64,000 nucleotides of DNA from a virus (Duplodnaviria > Caudoviricetes): IMG/VR virus record IMGVR_UViG_3300037067_021792; one strand, given 5' to 3'. A model generated the notes under the pieces. That model was given only the letters and a program-made list of their open reading frames with translations, made no database searches and was not told the DNA's origin. The position numbers were made by a program, and so were the translations under genes. Positions 9,638 through 20,092 of this stretch are shown here, one piece after another. Positions within the stretch are counted from its first letter, which is position 1; each line of letters begins with the position of its first letter.

Positions 9638-10465
9638 ATGGTATCATACGAACAATATTGTAACTATTTTGCAAATAAATGTAAAACCTGTAAAGGCGAA
9701 AAAAGAATAAATATTGATGGGTTTTGGAGATGCTGTGCGTGCCAGCACATAGCATCTACTAAGTGGGAATACGACCAAATCAAAGTTGACCCTCCATCGT
9801 TAAAGTGCTTAACATGGGACGATTTTACAGGTGCTATCAAAGGGAAAAAATTTGGCATATTAGAAGAAAACTCCTTTGTTCAAGCAAAAGAAAAATCCAT
9901 GCGATATTGTTTTGGGGATGCCTGCTACGATGGCCCCAAAAACAGACCAGATAATCTGATAATTCAAAACAAAATCACTTCCGGTCAGAATGTGGTCATT
10001 TCTGGTAGTTCAAACACAGGAAAATCATTAATAGCCCTGCTGATAATAAAAGAAGTTATATACACCTCTATTATTCATAAGAGTAATATTAAATTTAAGT
10101 GGACACAAAGTACAGAATTGGCCCATGCTGGGAGGTGGGATAACACGTCTGGCGTCGATCATGATTTTCTAAATGAAATATCGGAGGTAGAATTTTTAGT
10201 TCTAGATGGACTGGACATGTCGTTTGCAAAGGGACATACCACACCTCCTGATGCCATTGCGATGGATATGATTTTTGAAGCCCGTCGAATGTCTGGTCAT
10301 CCGACTATTTTTATATGTTCATCATCATTCAAGTTCACAGACAAGTATATATCCCAAACGATATCTAAATTTTGGGGCAACGGAATTTTGAGATCGATGG
10401 TATACTCTGATAATGTTTTTATAGACTTACACAAGAAAGAGGCAGAATTAGATGTCAAAGGATAA
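9638..10465 (+). CDS. DnaC/IstB-like helicase loader ATPase
   Basis: N-terminal CxxC/CxC, GSSNTGKS Walker A, FLVLD Walker B; directly upstream of DnaB. Confidence 0.7.
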   Translation: MVSYEQYCNYFANKCKTCKGEKRINIDGFWRCCACQHIASTKWEYDQIKVDPPSLKCLTWDDFTGAIKGKKFGILEENSFVQAKEKSMRYCFGDACYDGPKNRPDNLIIQNKITSGQNVVISGSSNTGKSLIALLIIKEVIYTSIIHKSNIKFKWTQSTELAHAGRWDNTSGVDHDFLNEISEVEFLVLDGLDMSFAKGHTTPPDAIAMDMIFEARRMSGHPTIFICSSSFKFTDKYISQTISKFWGNGILRSMVYSDNVFIDLHKKEAELDVKG

Positions 10466-11906
10466 TTATTTAAATATAGAAAGACAAATAATTCATCTAA
10501 TGCTACATAACCTTCCATCTATAGATGAAATGCTTGAAGGCGGATTCGGTCCAGAGTTTTTTGATCCAATCCATCAATATCTTGTCCGTGCTATTTTTGA
10601 TGAGTATGATTCAAGTGGGCACAAGAGACTATTGACAAGAGACGCATATCGGCAGAAATTGAAAGATGATAATATTTTAGGTGACTCGATTGCAAGATTG
10701 AGTATTCATGATAAATGTAGCGTAGGAGTATACACTGACTCAAACGATTTGGGGATGCTTAAAAAACAATTAGTAGAAGCGTTCATGGCTAGAAATGGAC
10801 AAAAATATATCCAGCAATTTGCCGATGAATCAAAAGACAAAGGGTTTCTCGCCGCATCTCAAAATCTCATGGATAGAATGCAAACGTCTCTTGGGATAAC
10901 CGAGACAAGAAGAGTGGTGTACTCATCTGTTAAAGATTTAAAATCCGAGTATATTAAGGAAATAAACGAAATGAAAGAAAATCCATCTGCGTTGATTAGG
11001 TGTGGTATACCAGAAATAGATGATGTTGTAAATATTGGATTTAAACCACAGCATTTAACTTTGTTCGTGGCCGATGTTGGTGGTCACAAAAGCAATATGA
11101 TGATTAATATTGCAATAAATCTCGCTAAATTAAAACACGATGTATTATTTGTTCCACTAGAAATGAATCGATTTGATTTAATGAACAGAATAATATGTAA
11201 TGAAACCGGGATTGACAACTCTTTATTATTTCATCCAGAAAAAATGTCTGCCGAAGATATGCATCTGATAGATTCTCACGAAATGTGGAACGGGTATATG
11301 CAATATTTCCACATTTTGGATGCCGATGAGCGAACTACTGTTTCTGCACTAAAAAGAGAAATAGAAAATAAAGCTATGATTGTTAAACCAAAGGTTGTAA
11401 TAATAGATTACGTTGATAATCTGCAATCTGATATATTGTATGGTCAAAAACACATAGAAATAGGTGAAATACTCAAATCATTACGATTTCTTGGTAAAAA
11501 ACACAAGTTTCATACTATTAGCGCCGCCCAAATGGGACGGGCAGCAATCAAGGCTTTGCGTGAGGGCAAATCAGATGCGGTTGATTCTACGTCAATACAT
11601 GGGTCACATCAATATTCGGCGGATTCCGATACCATATTTGCATTAATGAAAGTTCCTAACGAAATAAACAGAATAAAAGTATATACCATTAAAGCCAGAC
11701 ATGGTCCGTCGGGTCAAACTCAGGAATTAAAAGTAGATCCAACAAAATTTAGAATATATAGTACCAAATATGCGGTGGATAGTTTGGTTGATACGGGCAT
11801 AGATATTGTTTCGTCAATGGATATTTCGGAGTCAGAGATAAAATCTGGTACTTCTGAGGAGATAAGTTTTAACAACATACTAGACTTAGATGATGAATTG
11901 TCATGA
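10452..11906 (+). CDS. dnaB: replicative DNA helicase DnaB-like
   Basis: GIPEID, LEM, VIIDY, AAQ..R, DSD, KARHG motifs; Walker A variant ADVGGHKS. Confidence 0.88.
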   Translation: MSKDNYLNIERQIIHLMLHNLPSIDEMLEGGFGPEFFDPIHQYLVRAIFDEYDSSGHKRLLTRDAYRQKLKDDNILGDSIARLSIHDKCSVGVYTDSNDLGMLKKQLVEAFMARNGQKYIQQFADESKDKGFLAASQNLMDRMQTSLGITETRRVVYSSVKDLKSEYIKEINEMKENPSALIRCGIPEIDDVVNIGFKPQHLTLFVADVGGHKSNMMINIAINLAKLKHDVLFVPLEMNRFDLMNRIICNETGIDNSLLFHPEKMSAEDMHLIDSHEMWNGYMQYFHILDADERTTVSALKREIENKAMIVKPKVVIIDYVDNLQSDILYGQKHIEIGEILKSLRFLGKKHKFHTISAAQMGRAAIKALREGKSDAVDSTSIHGSHQYSADSDTIFALMKVPNEINRIKVYTIKARHGPSGQTQELKVDPTKFRIYSTKYAVDSLVDTGIDIVSSMDISESEIKSGTSEEISFNNILDLDDELS

Positions 11907-12529
11907 GAATTATATTATTAAACGATGTAAGTACCGATTTGGAACAATTTAATAGTAGCATTGTGCTAGGTGATATTGATGTTCCAGTGAATGATGTCGG
12001 GAGACAAGAATCGATAATTATTGGCAAACACTTGTCAACAGAGACAATTCATTTAGTTGTGTCTAGTCCTGCTGATAGATTAATCAAGCTTCTACATAAT
12101 CTGCGGCAACGTGAGGACTCGCCCGTATTAGCCCGAACGAGTTCATCAATTCCTGTTTATATTAGCTCTGACCTTAAAGAGAGAAGCTTCGGAGTTCTTA
12201 ACGGAACAAATATTCAATCAGAATCCAGTATATTTACGCATACGAGAGTATGTGCAGAGGGTGGCGAGTCGGTTGAACAATGTCGGATACGAGTGCGCAA
12301 TTGTATCGATTCTTATTGTGACAAATATATCGATAAGAATATAGTATTTGTGTCTCATCCACATTTGTGCCAAATCTTATTTAATTCACTTACGAACAAA
12401 GACCCGAGTTATGTATCTGGTTTTTGGAAACTTAAAGGTTCCTGTGCGTTTTTTGACTATAGTGATTCGACATGGAATCTTGAGAAGTCATATAATATAG
12501 TGCAACACGAGAAGAGAGTTAACCCATGA
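11903..12529 (+). CDS. histidine phosphatase (PGM) fold protein lacking the RHG motif
   Basis: G..D.P.N..G, SSP..R, LKERSFG, GGES, VSH present; N-terminal RHG replaced by NDV. Confidence 0.75.
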   Translation: MRIILLNDVSTDLEQFNSSIVLGDIDVPVNDVGRQESIIIGKHLSTETIHLVVSSPADRLIKLLHNLRQREDSPVLARTSSSIPVYISSDLKERSFGVLNGTNIQSESSIFTHTRVCAEGGESVEQCRIRVRNCIDSYCDKYIDKNIVFVSHPHLCQILFNSLTNKDPSYVSGFWKLKGSCAFFDYSDSTWNLEKSYNIVQHEKRVNP

Positions 12530-13137
12530 GTGAACAATCTCTAATACATGCGATCCTTAAAAAGAAATCGATAGTTGAGTATCTAGAGAAAAGAGGTCAT
12601 CAGCCATATAAGTCACTTAGCGGCGGAAAACTACAATATTTGTGCCCATTTCCAGACCATAAAGAAAACAAGCCATCTTTTGTGGTTTGGACTAATGATG
12701 AATTTGAAAAATTCTATTGCTTCGGATGCCAGAGAAACTATAATATAATTAATCTGGTTGCTGGATTAGAAGGAATATCTTTTAGAGACGCCGTTGAAAT
12801 CTTGGGCGACGGCATGGAAATAGGCATACATGAAAGCATCGAAATAGAATTAGAACGTATATCAAAACATACGGGCAACATAGACAGGGATATGGGCATG
12901 CCAGAAACTCTACTTTCGATTAGTAATTTGTGCCGATCTTATTTAGACGGAGTAAAAAACGATCCAGAAGAGCAAAATCTGATAGACAAACTGTTTTCTG
13001 TAATAGACAGCGATGTTAGAGAATTTAAATTTGATGAAGTATCTCAAACGCTTATTAATCTCCCGTCCGTGTTATATAAGAAGCAACAGAAGTTCTATCG
13101 CGAAAAGAAATCTAACTATGTGCCAGAAGATAGATAA
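12526..13137 (+). CDS. primase CHC2 zinc-binding domain protein (no TOPRIM)
   Basis: CPFPDH.E.KPSF, FYCFGC, EGISF.DAV. Confidence 0.85.
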   Translation: MSEQSLIHAILKKKSIVEYLEKRGHQPYKSLSGGKLQYLCPFPDHKENKPSFVVWTNDEFEKFYCFGCQRNYNIINLVAGLEGISFRDAVEILGDGMEIGIHESIEIELERISKHTGNIDRDMGMPETLLSISNLCRSYLDGVKNDPEEQNLIDKLFSVIDSDVREFKFDEVSQTLINLPSVLYKKQQKFYREKKSNYVPEDR

Positions 13138-13714
13138 TTATACGAAATATGGCATTACCAGAAGTAAGTTCGATAAGGATTCGTATGACAAATACGACCA
13201 TAAAGCACGGTCTGTTGTAAGACGATTCGCGGAATCTTATGGATGGGATGTTAAGGACAACGATTTGATCGACTGCCAGCAGCCAGATATTTTGGCTATC
13301 AAAAATAATCGCCAAGTTTATATAGAAGCAGAAATGAAAAACAAAAGAAACTGGAGCAAAATAGAAAACGATGGATATATCCAGATTCCAGCAAGAAAAA
13401 TGGATTATATTCCAGGGAGTGGAGAAAAATTATTTGTCCATTGCATGGTTTGTAGTGATGAAAAGGAAATATATATAACAACACAGTTGGCGTTTTACGG
13501 GATGGGATTTGATAAGAACAAAAATGGATGCTGGTTACATTGCAGAAAGTGCAAGCAAGTGGACCCGGACGGAAAAGTAAAAGACAGGGGTAACGACACT
13601 TTTATGTGCATTCCTTATAAATACTTGTCATTATATAAGTTTGTCGATGAGAAATGGATCAAATTCAAGCAGCCAGAGAAAGTTCCGTATGATTATAAAA
13701 CGTGTAGGAGGTAA
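13118..13714 (+). CDS. putative PD-(D/E)XK nuclease
   Basis: PDI...YIEAEMK motif. Confidence 0.55.
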   Translation: MCQKIDNYTKYGITRSKFDKDSYDKYDHKARSVVRRFAESYGWDVKDNDLIDCQQPDILAIKNNRQVYIEAEMKNKRNWSKIENDGYIQIPARKMDYIPGSGEKLFVHCMVCSDEKEIYITTQLAFYGMGFDKNKNGCWLHCRKCKQVDPDGKVKDRGNDTFMCIPYKYLSLYKFVDEKWIKFKQPEKVPYDYKTCRR

Positions 13715-14567
13715 ATACAAAATCACTGATTGGATTTGTGACAATATTCCATCCGGAAATATTTTTGTGGATGTTTTCGGAGGATCTGGTGTTGTTTTGG
13801 ATTCTGTAATGAGTAGGTTCCAAAACGTTCCTCGTCAGGATATGAGGTTTGTGTTTAATGATCTTGACGACAAGATTTACAATTTGTTCAAAGTACTACG
13901 GGATAATCCGCTAAAATTGGCATATCAAATATTATCAACACCCTATAGTCGTAAAGAATTCAATGCTGCAATAGGTATTTTGAGCAGCTCTCAATACCGG
14001 TTGCTTGATGACATTGAAAGGGCAAGAATTTTCGTAATCGCCAACCGCCAGAGCTTTGGTGCCACAATGTCCAAACCCTGGAGTATAACCAAAGATGGGG
14101 AGATTAATTACAAAACCTGGGATCAAATGCCTGATATAATAGTTGAAACTGCAAAGAAATGGAAATCAGTATATTTAGAATGCTTGGACTATAAACAAAT
14201 CCTTGATAAATGGGATAGTGAAAGGACAGTATTTTATTTAGATCCTCCATATGAGGGGGTGGAAAAATCATATTATGATGTTAACAAAGACCACGGGTTT
14301 GATCATATTGAAATGTTCAAGGCATTACAGCAGATTCGAGGATCATATGCTGTGAGTTATTATGGCGGCGACGATGAAAACCATGATACAGATGTGGTTA
14401 GAAAATATATCGAATCTGGATGTAGGGATATTAGACTAGCAGTTAAAAAACACCTAGCTAAATCTGACAAAAAAACATCGGCCACGGAGATTCTACTTGT
14501 TAAGGGTAAACACCGTCGCATTAAAGCGAAGAACGGATACCAGGTTGGGGATATTTTTGGAGTATAA
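13689..14567 (+). CDS. Dam-family DNA adenine methyltransferase
   Basis: VGGK, DVFGGSG, NDLD, YLDPPY. Confidence 0.9.
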   Translation: MIIKRVGGKYKITDWICDNIPSGNIFVDVFGGSGVVLDSVMSRFQNVPRQDMRFVFNDLDDKIYNLFKVLRDNPLKLAYQILSTPYSRKEFNAAIGILSSSQYRLLDDIERARIFVIANRQSFGATMSKPWSITKDGEINYKTWDQMPDIIVETAKKWKSVYLECLDYKQILDKWDSERTVFYLDPPYEGVEKSYYDVNKDHGFDHIEMFKALQQIRGSYAVSYYGGDDENHDTDVVRKYIESGCRDIRLAVKKHLAKSDKKTSATEILLVKGKHRRIKAKNGYQVGDIFGV

Positions 14568-14568
14568 A

Positions 14569-14865
14569 ATGTGGATGAAAATAAAAGATAGAAAATGGGA
14601 ATTAAAACATAATAATGTTGTATTGGCAACCATATTTCACAGGCCCACTGATGGGTTGTGGTCCTTGTATATTTCATCTCCAATAATATATGAGTATCAC
14701 CATATAACAGGAAAAACCCATAGATTTCAGTCAATGAAAGAGGCACAGCAGGCATTTCTGGAGTTAGGTACAAAAATGGCGCTACCTTGGTGTAGGTCAA
14801 TGGTAGATTATTTCTCATCAGAGCAAAAGGAACACTATTGTTTTCAGGAAAACTCCGAAGTATAA
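14569..14865 (+). CDS. hypothetical protein
   Basis: GGAG SD before ATG 14569. Confidence 0.6.
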   Translation: MWMKIKDRKWELKHNNVVLATIFHRPTDGLWSLYISSPIIYEYHHITGKTHRFQSMKEAQQAFLELGTKMALPWCRSMVDYFSSEQKEHYCFQENSEV

Positions 14866-14871
14866 TATGGC

Positions 14872-15603
14872 ATGGACTATATCCGCAGAAATATTAACAA
14901 CCCGTCAGATGAGTATTATAAATTCTGCGAAGAGAAACTCAAATGTCAGTGTTGCCAAATATTTGATTGTGCAAAACAGCCTGTCATCTCAGAGGGCAAT
15001 GGGAATAACCCAATTTTTGTTATAGTAGGCGAATGCCCCGGCAAGGATGAAAGCGATGCTGTTAGGCCATTCATAGGTCGTGCCGGACAGCGACTAAGGG
15101 AGGAACTCCGTAAGTACTCAAAAACTTTTAACCGGAAGACTTGTTTAATTACAAATGTTATGGCATGTAGGCCGGAAAATAATGAATTTCCGCGTATCTC
15201 TGAATGCTTCGAAATTAGATGTGGAGCCAAATATACAGTCAAAGGACGAGAATTGGTAAACTTCTGTGCAACCAAGTGGCTGCGTAAAGAAATCAAAATG
15301 TTGAATCCCAAGGTTATTATTACACTTGGGTCTAAGTCTCTAGAATATGTTAGAGGGGATTCCGGAATTACGTCTAATCGTGGTGCTTGGAAGTTTTTAC
15401 CCGAATATAAAGCATGGTCTTTTGCTACTTATCACCCATCATATGTTCTGCGTTGTAGCAACGACCCAAACAAAGAATACGTCGTAGAGCAGTTCGAAGA
15501 TGATTTTAAAACAATATCCGAAACGTGGTTTTTGACGGTCAATAATGATCCGTGTATAAAAATGTCTCCACAGGACTGGGAGCTTGAGAAGTCGATAGTA
15601 TGA
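14872..15603 (+). CDS. uracil-DNA glycosylase family 4
   Basis: Fe-S Cys cluster, GECPG..E, PFIGRAG, TNVMACRP..N, TYHPSY. Confidence 0.9.
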   Translation: MDYIRRNINNPSDEYYKFCEEKLKCQCCQIFDCAKQPVISEGNGNNPIFVIVGECPGKDESDAVRPFIGRAGQRLREELRKYSKTFNRKTCLITNVMACRPENNEFPRISECFEIRCGAKYTVKGRELVNFCATKWLRKEIKMLNPKVIITLGSKSLEYVRGDSGITSNRGAWKFLPEYKAWSFATYHPSYVLRCSNDPNKEYVVEQFEDDFKTISETWFLTVNNDPCIKMSPQDWELEKSIV

Positions 15604-16034
15604 TTGAGTTTAGTGATCCAACTGTTATTGAAGGACATGGAAATTATCTTTTAATAAAAGAAATCATGAATGCTCCACAGTGGATGCTAGAGACAAATGC
15701 TACAGTAATAGAGTCGGATATAATCGGGAATTACGTTTTGCATCTGTGGGAAAATGGTACGGTTATGATAATGAATACAGATCATCCAATAATAATCGAT
15801 GCTCCGGATAGTGACTTGCGCCGCATTAGAGAGTGGTGTGAAATCAATGGATGGAATCTACCATTAATTAGTAATTATTTAATAGATGATCAGCAGGGTT
15901 TTGATTTTTGGCTGAGAATGTATCAATCTGGAATTATTCGTAATGATAAATTACAAAAATACGATGATGATGATATGAAAAGATTGTCTGATATAAACAA
16001 GGAGACAGAAGATGTCCATCAAAGAGAAGTCTAA
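15600..16034 (+). CDS. hypothetical protein
   Basis: ORF with ATGA overlap. Confidence 0.7.
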   Translation: MIEFSDPTVIEGHGNYLLIKEIMNAPQWMLETNATVIESDIIGNYVLHLWENGTVMIMNTDHPIIIDAPDSDLRRIREWCEINGWNLPLISNYLIDDQQGFDFWLRMYQSGIIRNDKLQKYDDDDMKRLSDINKETEDVHQREV

Positions 16035-16587
16035 ATTTGTGAAACATGAGTTTGAATATTCCAGTCCAGATGGGGACAAATGGGATTTTGTTATTGTAGA
16101 GTATCTCGGCAACAAATTTGTTCAATTTCAAAAAATAGCGGATGATCCGCAAAATCGCCCCGATCCAACTACCATTGATGGCAATATGCTATTAGACATG
16201 GCAGATGCTTACAGGAAGGTATTTTCTATGATCTCATCGTCTTTGACATCAAATCCGGCAGCAGTGGCGGGTTTGAGAACCCCTGTTATACAAGATCATC
16301 GATTGTCGGCAGCAATACAATCTAGTGTTGATGAAACCATGAAAAACCAAGATCCGGATGTTAAACCTTTTCAAACTCTTTCTAATGAGAAGGCAGAGTA
16401 TGCTAAGTTTAGAACCGGACTTGATATAGAGAACAGAGGAGACGTTCCAGAAACACCACCAGAATACGAAATAAAAGAAAACGAAGGGGTCCAATGGAAA
16501 AAAGATGTTATAGACAGAAAACACAAAAAAATTCAGATTAATCCAGAATCAGAAATTAAAAGAGTGGGCGCAGGGGATCTAATATAA
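16012..16587 (+). CDS. hypothetical protein
   Basis: AAGGAG SD. Confidence 0.75.
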   Translation: MSIKEKSKFVKHEFEYSSPDGDKWDFVIVEYLGNKFVQFQKIADDPQNRPDPTTIDGNMLLDMADAYRKVFSMISSSLTSNPAAVAGLRTPVIQDHRLSAAIQSSVDETMKNQDPDVKPFQTLSNEKAEYAKFRTGLDIENRGDVPETPPEYEIKENEGVQWKKDVIDRKHKKIQINPESEIKRVGAGDLI

Positions 16588-16863
16588 ATGGATTACGATT
16601 GTCAACTGGCCATAATTGACAAACTACCAGTTGGAGCAATTGGGACAATACCCCCATTATGCAATGACTGTAAAACGCCGGACTGCACCAATCCTATAAG
16701 AGAATTTACCATTTCTGTTTTTGGAATTCCCCGAAAGATGCGACTGTGGGTTGTGAACAATCAAATCAGGCAGGTCGTTTCATGCAAAGGATATGTTGGA
16801 GAAAAAGATGTCGTTTTGGACCCAGAGGATGAATTTGAAGAAGAACCTGATAAAACAGTATAA
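16588..16863 (+). CDS. small Cys-rich hypothetical protein
   Basis: CxxC..C motif; abuts upstream stop. Confidence 0.65.
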   Translation: MDYDCQLAIIDKLPVGAIGTIPPLCNDCKTPDCTNPIREFTISVFGIPRKMRLWVVNNQIRQVVSCKGYVGEKDVVLDPEDEFEEEPDKTV

Positions 16864-17632
16864 TGAATATGTATCGGAATTAAATAGCAATGTTGATAAA
16901 ATAATCAAAAGCAAATCTACAGTCAGAAGACACATTGTTGATTTTCCGGCAGTTCAGCAATATTTACATGGAGTATTTCCCGATGTTGATGTGTCTGATA
17001 TTCCCATATATTTGACCACACCTGGGATTATGAGAAAGTATGGGATGTATGGGTGTATGGGATGTTATGTCACCAATTTAAAAGTTATTGTAATGCAGAA
17101 TATTATCACAACAAAATACAAATTGAGTGACAAGTTCAGTCAATTGCTTCAAGACGAGATGAAGATACAAGTAGATGTCGAGGATGTTGTCGTGCATGAA
17201 ATGCTTCATGCTATTTCCCATAAAATCAATCGTCCCGGCAGAAAGTTTACATTTAATGAAGAGGAATTCGTGTATACTAATTGCGTGGACTTTTATAGAA
17301 AAAAAATGTCAGAAGATGCGATTGTGTCCGGAACTATGCTGCCATTCTGTGTGAATGATATTATGAAGGATAAATCAGCGATGATAAAAATATGGGAAGA
17401 CATTGGATATCCGAAGATATACTCATTACCAGCAAAAAAGATAACAGAGATAGCCAACAGGCACCCTGTCGCTCTAGTCCATCGTATTATTGATGCTGCC
17501 AAAGACAGAGCAGCAAAAATGATTAAACTTTACGAACAGTATGGCAGACAATCCGTGAATGCCAATGTTGCACCAGACGATGGCGCATCACTAAGGATAC
17601 AATTTTTGGACATAGACGATTGCGATATCTAG
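16829..17632 (+). CDS. putative zincin-like metalloprotease
   Basis: VVHEMLHAI (HEXXH) plus downstream EEE; start uncertain. Confidence 0.6.
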   Translation: MNLKKNLIKQYNEYVSELNSNVDKIIKSKSTVRRHIVDFPAVQQYLHGVFPDVDVSDIPIYLTTPGIMRKYGMYGCMGCYVTNLKVIVMQNIITTKYKLSDKFSQLLQDEMKIQVDVEDVVVHEMLHAISHKINRPGRKFTFNEEEFVYTNCVDFYRKKMSEDAIVSGTMLPFCVNDIMKDKSAMIKIWEDIGYPKIYSLPAKKITEIANRHPVALVHRIIDAAKDRAAKMIKLYEQYGRQSVNANVAPDDGASLRIQFLDIDDCDI

Positions 17633-17641
17633 GGAAACAAA

Positions 17642-18049
17642 ATGCCAATATATGAATATAAATCGATAGATGCGGACAAAGGTTGTGAATTTTGCATAAA
17701 TATATTTGAAATTCAACAAAAAATGTCAGATAATACACTAGAGAAATGTCCACAATGCGGAGCTGACATTGTCAAAATTATGTCTCTTATCGGCGGTGTT
17801 ATTATGAGTGGCAAAGAAATAAATCAATACAGCGATGTGAAGGGTGCAAAGTATTGGAGAGACAGCAACGGAGTGAGACATAAAGTCACAAATAGTGATG
17901 GCAGTTCTAAGTCGCCGACAATTTCAAATAGGAATTCAGCACCGCAGGAAACGATCAAACGGCGTAAGATGATAGATGCAGCAAAGGATAAACGAAAGAG
18001 GCGAATAGAATCCTATAATCGGGCAAAGAATGCGATATGTGGCAAATAA
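17642..18049 (+). CDS. FmdB-family zinc-ribbon protein
   Basis: MPIYEY..C..C..FEIQQKMSD..L.KCPQCG. Confidence 0.8.
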   Translation: MPIYEYKSIDADKGCEFCINIFEIQQKMSDNTLEKCPQCGADIVKIMSLIGGVIMSGKEINQYSDVKGAKYWRDSNGVRHKVTNSDGSSKSPTISNRNSAPQETIKRRKMIDAAKDKRKRRIESYNRAKNAICGK

Positions 18050-18380
18050 AATAACAGTGGTTAAAATTGTGGATCAACAAATTACCGATATTGATCTAAT
18101 TCGGGATATTCTGGTATTTATTAAAGAAAAAGAGCTAGATTGTGCTGTAAGGCTCCTAGAGCAAAACTTATTTAATAAAGTTAGAATTGTAAATATCGAT
18201 GGAGACGATATTACTTGTCATATTATTAAATCCAGTGCCTGTTTAAAAAAACACATAAAAATTTCTGATATAGCATATTTAGAATTAACAACCGAAGATA
18301 GGATATTGAATAACTTTAAACCAGGCACCACTAGATGGAATTTATTGAGTGCTAGTGATATAGATGAAACAGGAATTTAA
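18030..18380 (+). CDS. hypothetical protein
   Basis: Coupled ORF. Confidence 0.65.
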   Translation: MRYVANKITVVKIVDQQITDIDLIRDILVFIKEKELDCAVRLLEQNLFNKVRIVNIDGDDITCHIIKSSACLKKHIKISDIAYLELTTEDRILNNFKPGTTRWNLLSASDIDETGI

Positions 18381-19672
18381 TGGTAGATTTTGTACATATA
18401 CATTCGCATTCGTCATTTTCAAAATTCGATGGCTTTTCTAAGATAGATGATACCCTAGACAAAGATGATAACATCGTCATGCCTGGCATAGTTGGCACAG
18501 CCAAGCGAATGGGCATGCCAGCAGTCGCGCTAACAGACCACGGCACCGTTGCCGGAGCAATTACATTCTTAAAAGCTTGTCGTAAGGGTGATGTAGGTAT
18601 CAAACCCATTCTGGGAATGGAAGCATACCAATCCAGAGATCACGCGTGCCATTCTACGGAAGGGCAACCAGATAAACGGCGAGGCAACAGGCATGTAATT
18701 ATCTTGGCGAAGAACTCTCAGGGATATGCCAATCTGTGCACATTATCTCAGATAGCATCCCTCGAAGGATACCATTATGATCCTCGTATTGATATCGATC
18801 TGCTCGATAAATATAAAGAGGGGCTGATTGTTTCGACCGCATGTTTATCAAATGTTGTTAACTGGAATCTATCCATAGACAGATACGAAAAAGCAAAAGC
18901 AGCAGCAGCAATCTACAAGGATATTTTTGGAGATGATTTTTATCTTGAAATGATGTATCATGGACTAGATTTGGAAGCAAAAGTATTGCCAGGTATACAA
19001 AAAATTTCCAAAGAACTCAATGTCAAATCTATTGTGACAAATGACTGTCATTATGTTGAAAAATCGCATGCTAAGTATCATGAAACGCTTATGTGTATGA
19101 GTTCGGGACGATCCATTAAAGACCCTAAACATATTAAGTTTCCATACGATGAATTTTATTTCAAATCTGGCGACGAAATGGCTGAGGTGTTCGGCCATCT
19201 GCCAAGGTCAATGGCTAATACATTAGAAATTGCTGAAAAATGTGATTACTCTGATATGAATCTCGGGCAGAGAATGTTATTGCCTAAATTTGATCTACCA
19301 GAAGGATATGCGCTTTCATTTGATTATCTAAAAGACATGGCGTGGAAAGGACTACAATCGAAAGGATTAAATGATTCAGTTCCTCACCGAGAGAGACTTC
19401 AGAGAGAACTTGATGATGTCAAGTTGATTTGGGATACACAAAAATTTGGATTTGATACATATTTTCTAATAGTGCGTGATATAATTGAATTTACTCGCAG
19501 AAAGAAAATACCCGGCGGTATTAGAGGTTCGGGATACGGATCTTTACTTTTGTACTGTCTCGGTATATCAGAAGGCGTAGACCCAGTGCGATACAATCTC
19601 CTTTGGGAACGGTTTTTGGGATTTGAATGGGCTTATAAACTATTTCGATCTGATTTTGGCATAAAAGATTGA
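18380..19672 (+). CDS. dnaE: DNA polymerase III alpha, N-terminal part (PHP domain + start of palm)
   Basis: FVHIHSHS, ALTDHG, KPILGMEAY, TNDCHY, RGSGYGSL, LLWERFL. Confidence 0.92.
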   Translation: MVDFVHIHSHSSFSKFDGFSKIDDTLDKDDNIVMPGIVGTAKRMGMPAVALTDHGTVAGAITFLKACRKGDVGIKPILGMEAYQSRDHACHSTEGQPDKRRGNRHVIILAKNSQGYANLCTLSQIASLEGYHYDPRIDIDLLDKYKEGLIVSTACLSNVVNWNLSIDRYEKAKAAAAIYKDIFGDDFYLEMMYHGLDLEAKVLPGIQKISKELNVKSIVTNDCHYVEKSHAKYHETLMCMSSGRSIKDPKHIKFPYDEFYFKSGDEMAEVFGHLPRSMANTLEIAEKCDYSDMNLGQRMLLPKFDLPEGYALSFDYLKDMAWKGLQSKGLNDSVPHRERLQRELDDVKLIWDTQKFGFDTYFLIVRDIIEFTRRKKIPGGIRGSGYGSLLLYCLGISEGVDPVRYNLLWERFLGFEWAYKLFRSDFGIKD

Positions 19673-19697
19673 TACGAATGTAGAAAATTTTTAGAAA

Positions 19698-20090
19698 GTG
19701 AACATGCTTAATATAGTCGTGACAACACCAAAATCTGAATTAGAAAATTCCAAACAAGAAGCTACTCGATGTCTCAATAATGGGGGTGGATACTATTTTC
19801 GCAGATTACCAACGCGTCCCAAAAATATAGATGTTGGGAGCAAAATATTCTATGTGGAGGATGGGTATATTCGCGGGTTTGGTGTCATAAGTGATATTGA
19901 AGACAAATCAGACGGTATGGAATGTTCTACAACGGGGACTAAGTGGCGTCCCGGCACATATGTTACCATCCCGGCTGATTCGTGGAAATGGATTAAACCG
20001 ATTCCAATGAAGGGGTTTCAGGGCTGGAGATATTTAAATAATGTAGAAGTTGAGATTGTTGGGGGATGGAAAGATCCTAAACCGGAGTGA
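19698..20090 (+). CDS. ASCH/PUA-like domain protein
   Basis: VGSKIFY..G.I.G.G.I and C-terminal PIPMKGFQGWRY resemble ASCH/PUA superfamily signatures. Confidence 0.55.
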   Translation: MNMLNIVVTTPKSELENSKQEATRCLNNGGGYYFRRLPTRPKNIDVGSKIFYVEDGYIRGFGVISDIEDKSDGMECSTTGTKWRPGTYVTIPADSWKWIKPIPMKGFQGWRYLNNVEVEIVGGWKDPKPE

Positions 20091-20092
20091 AT

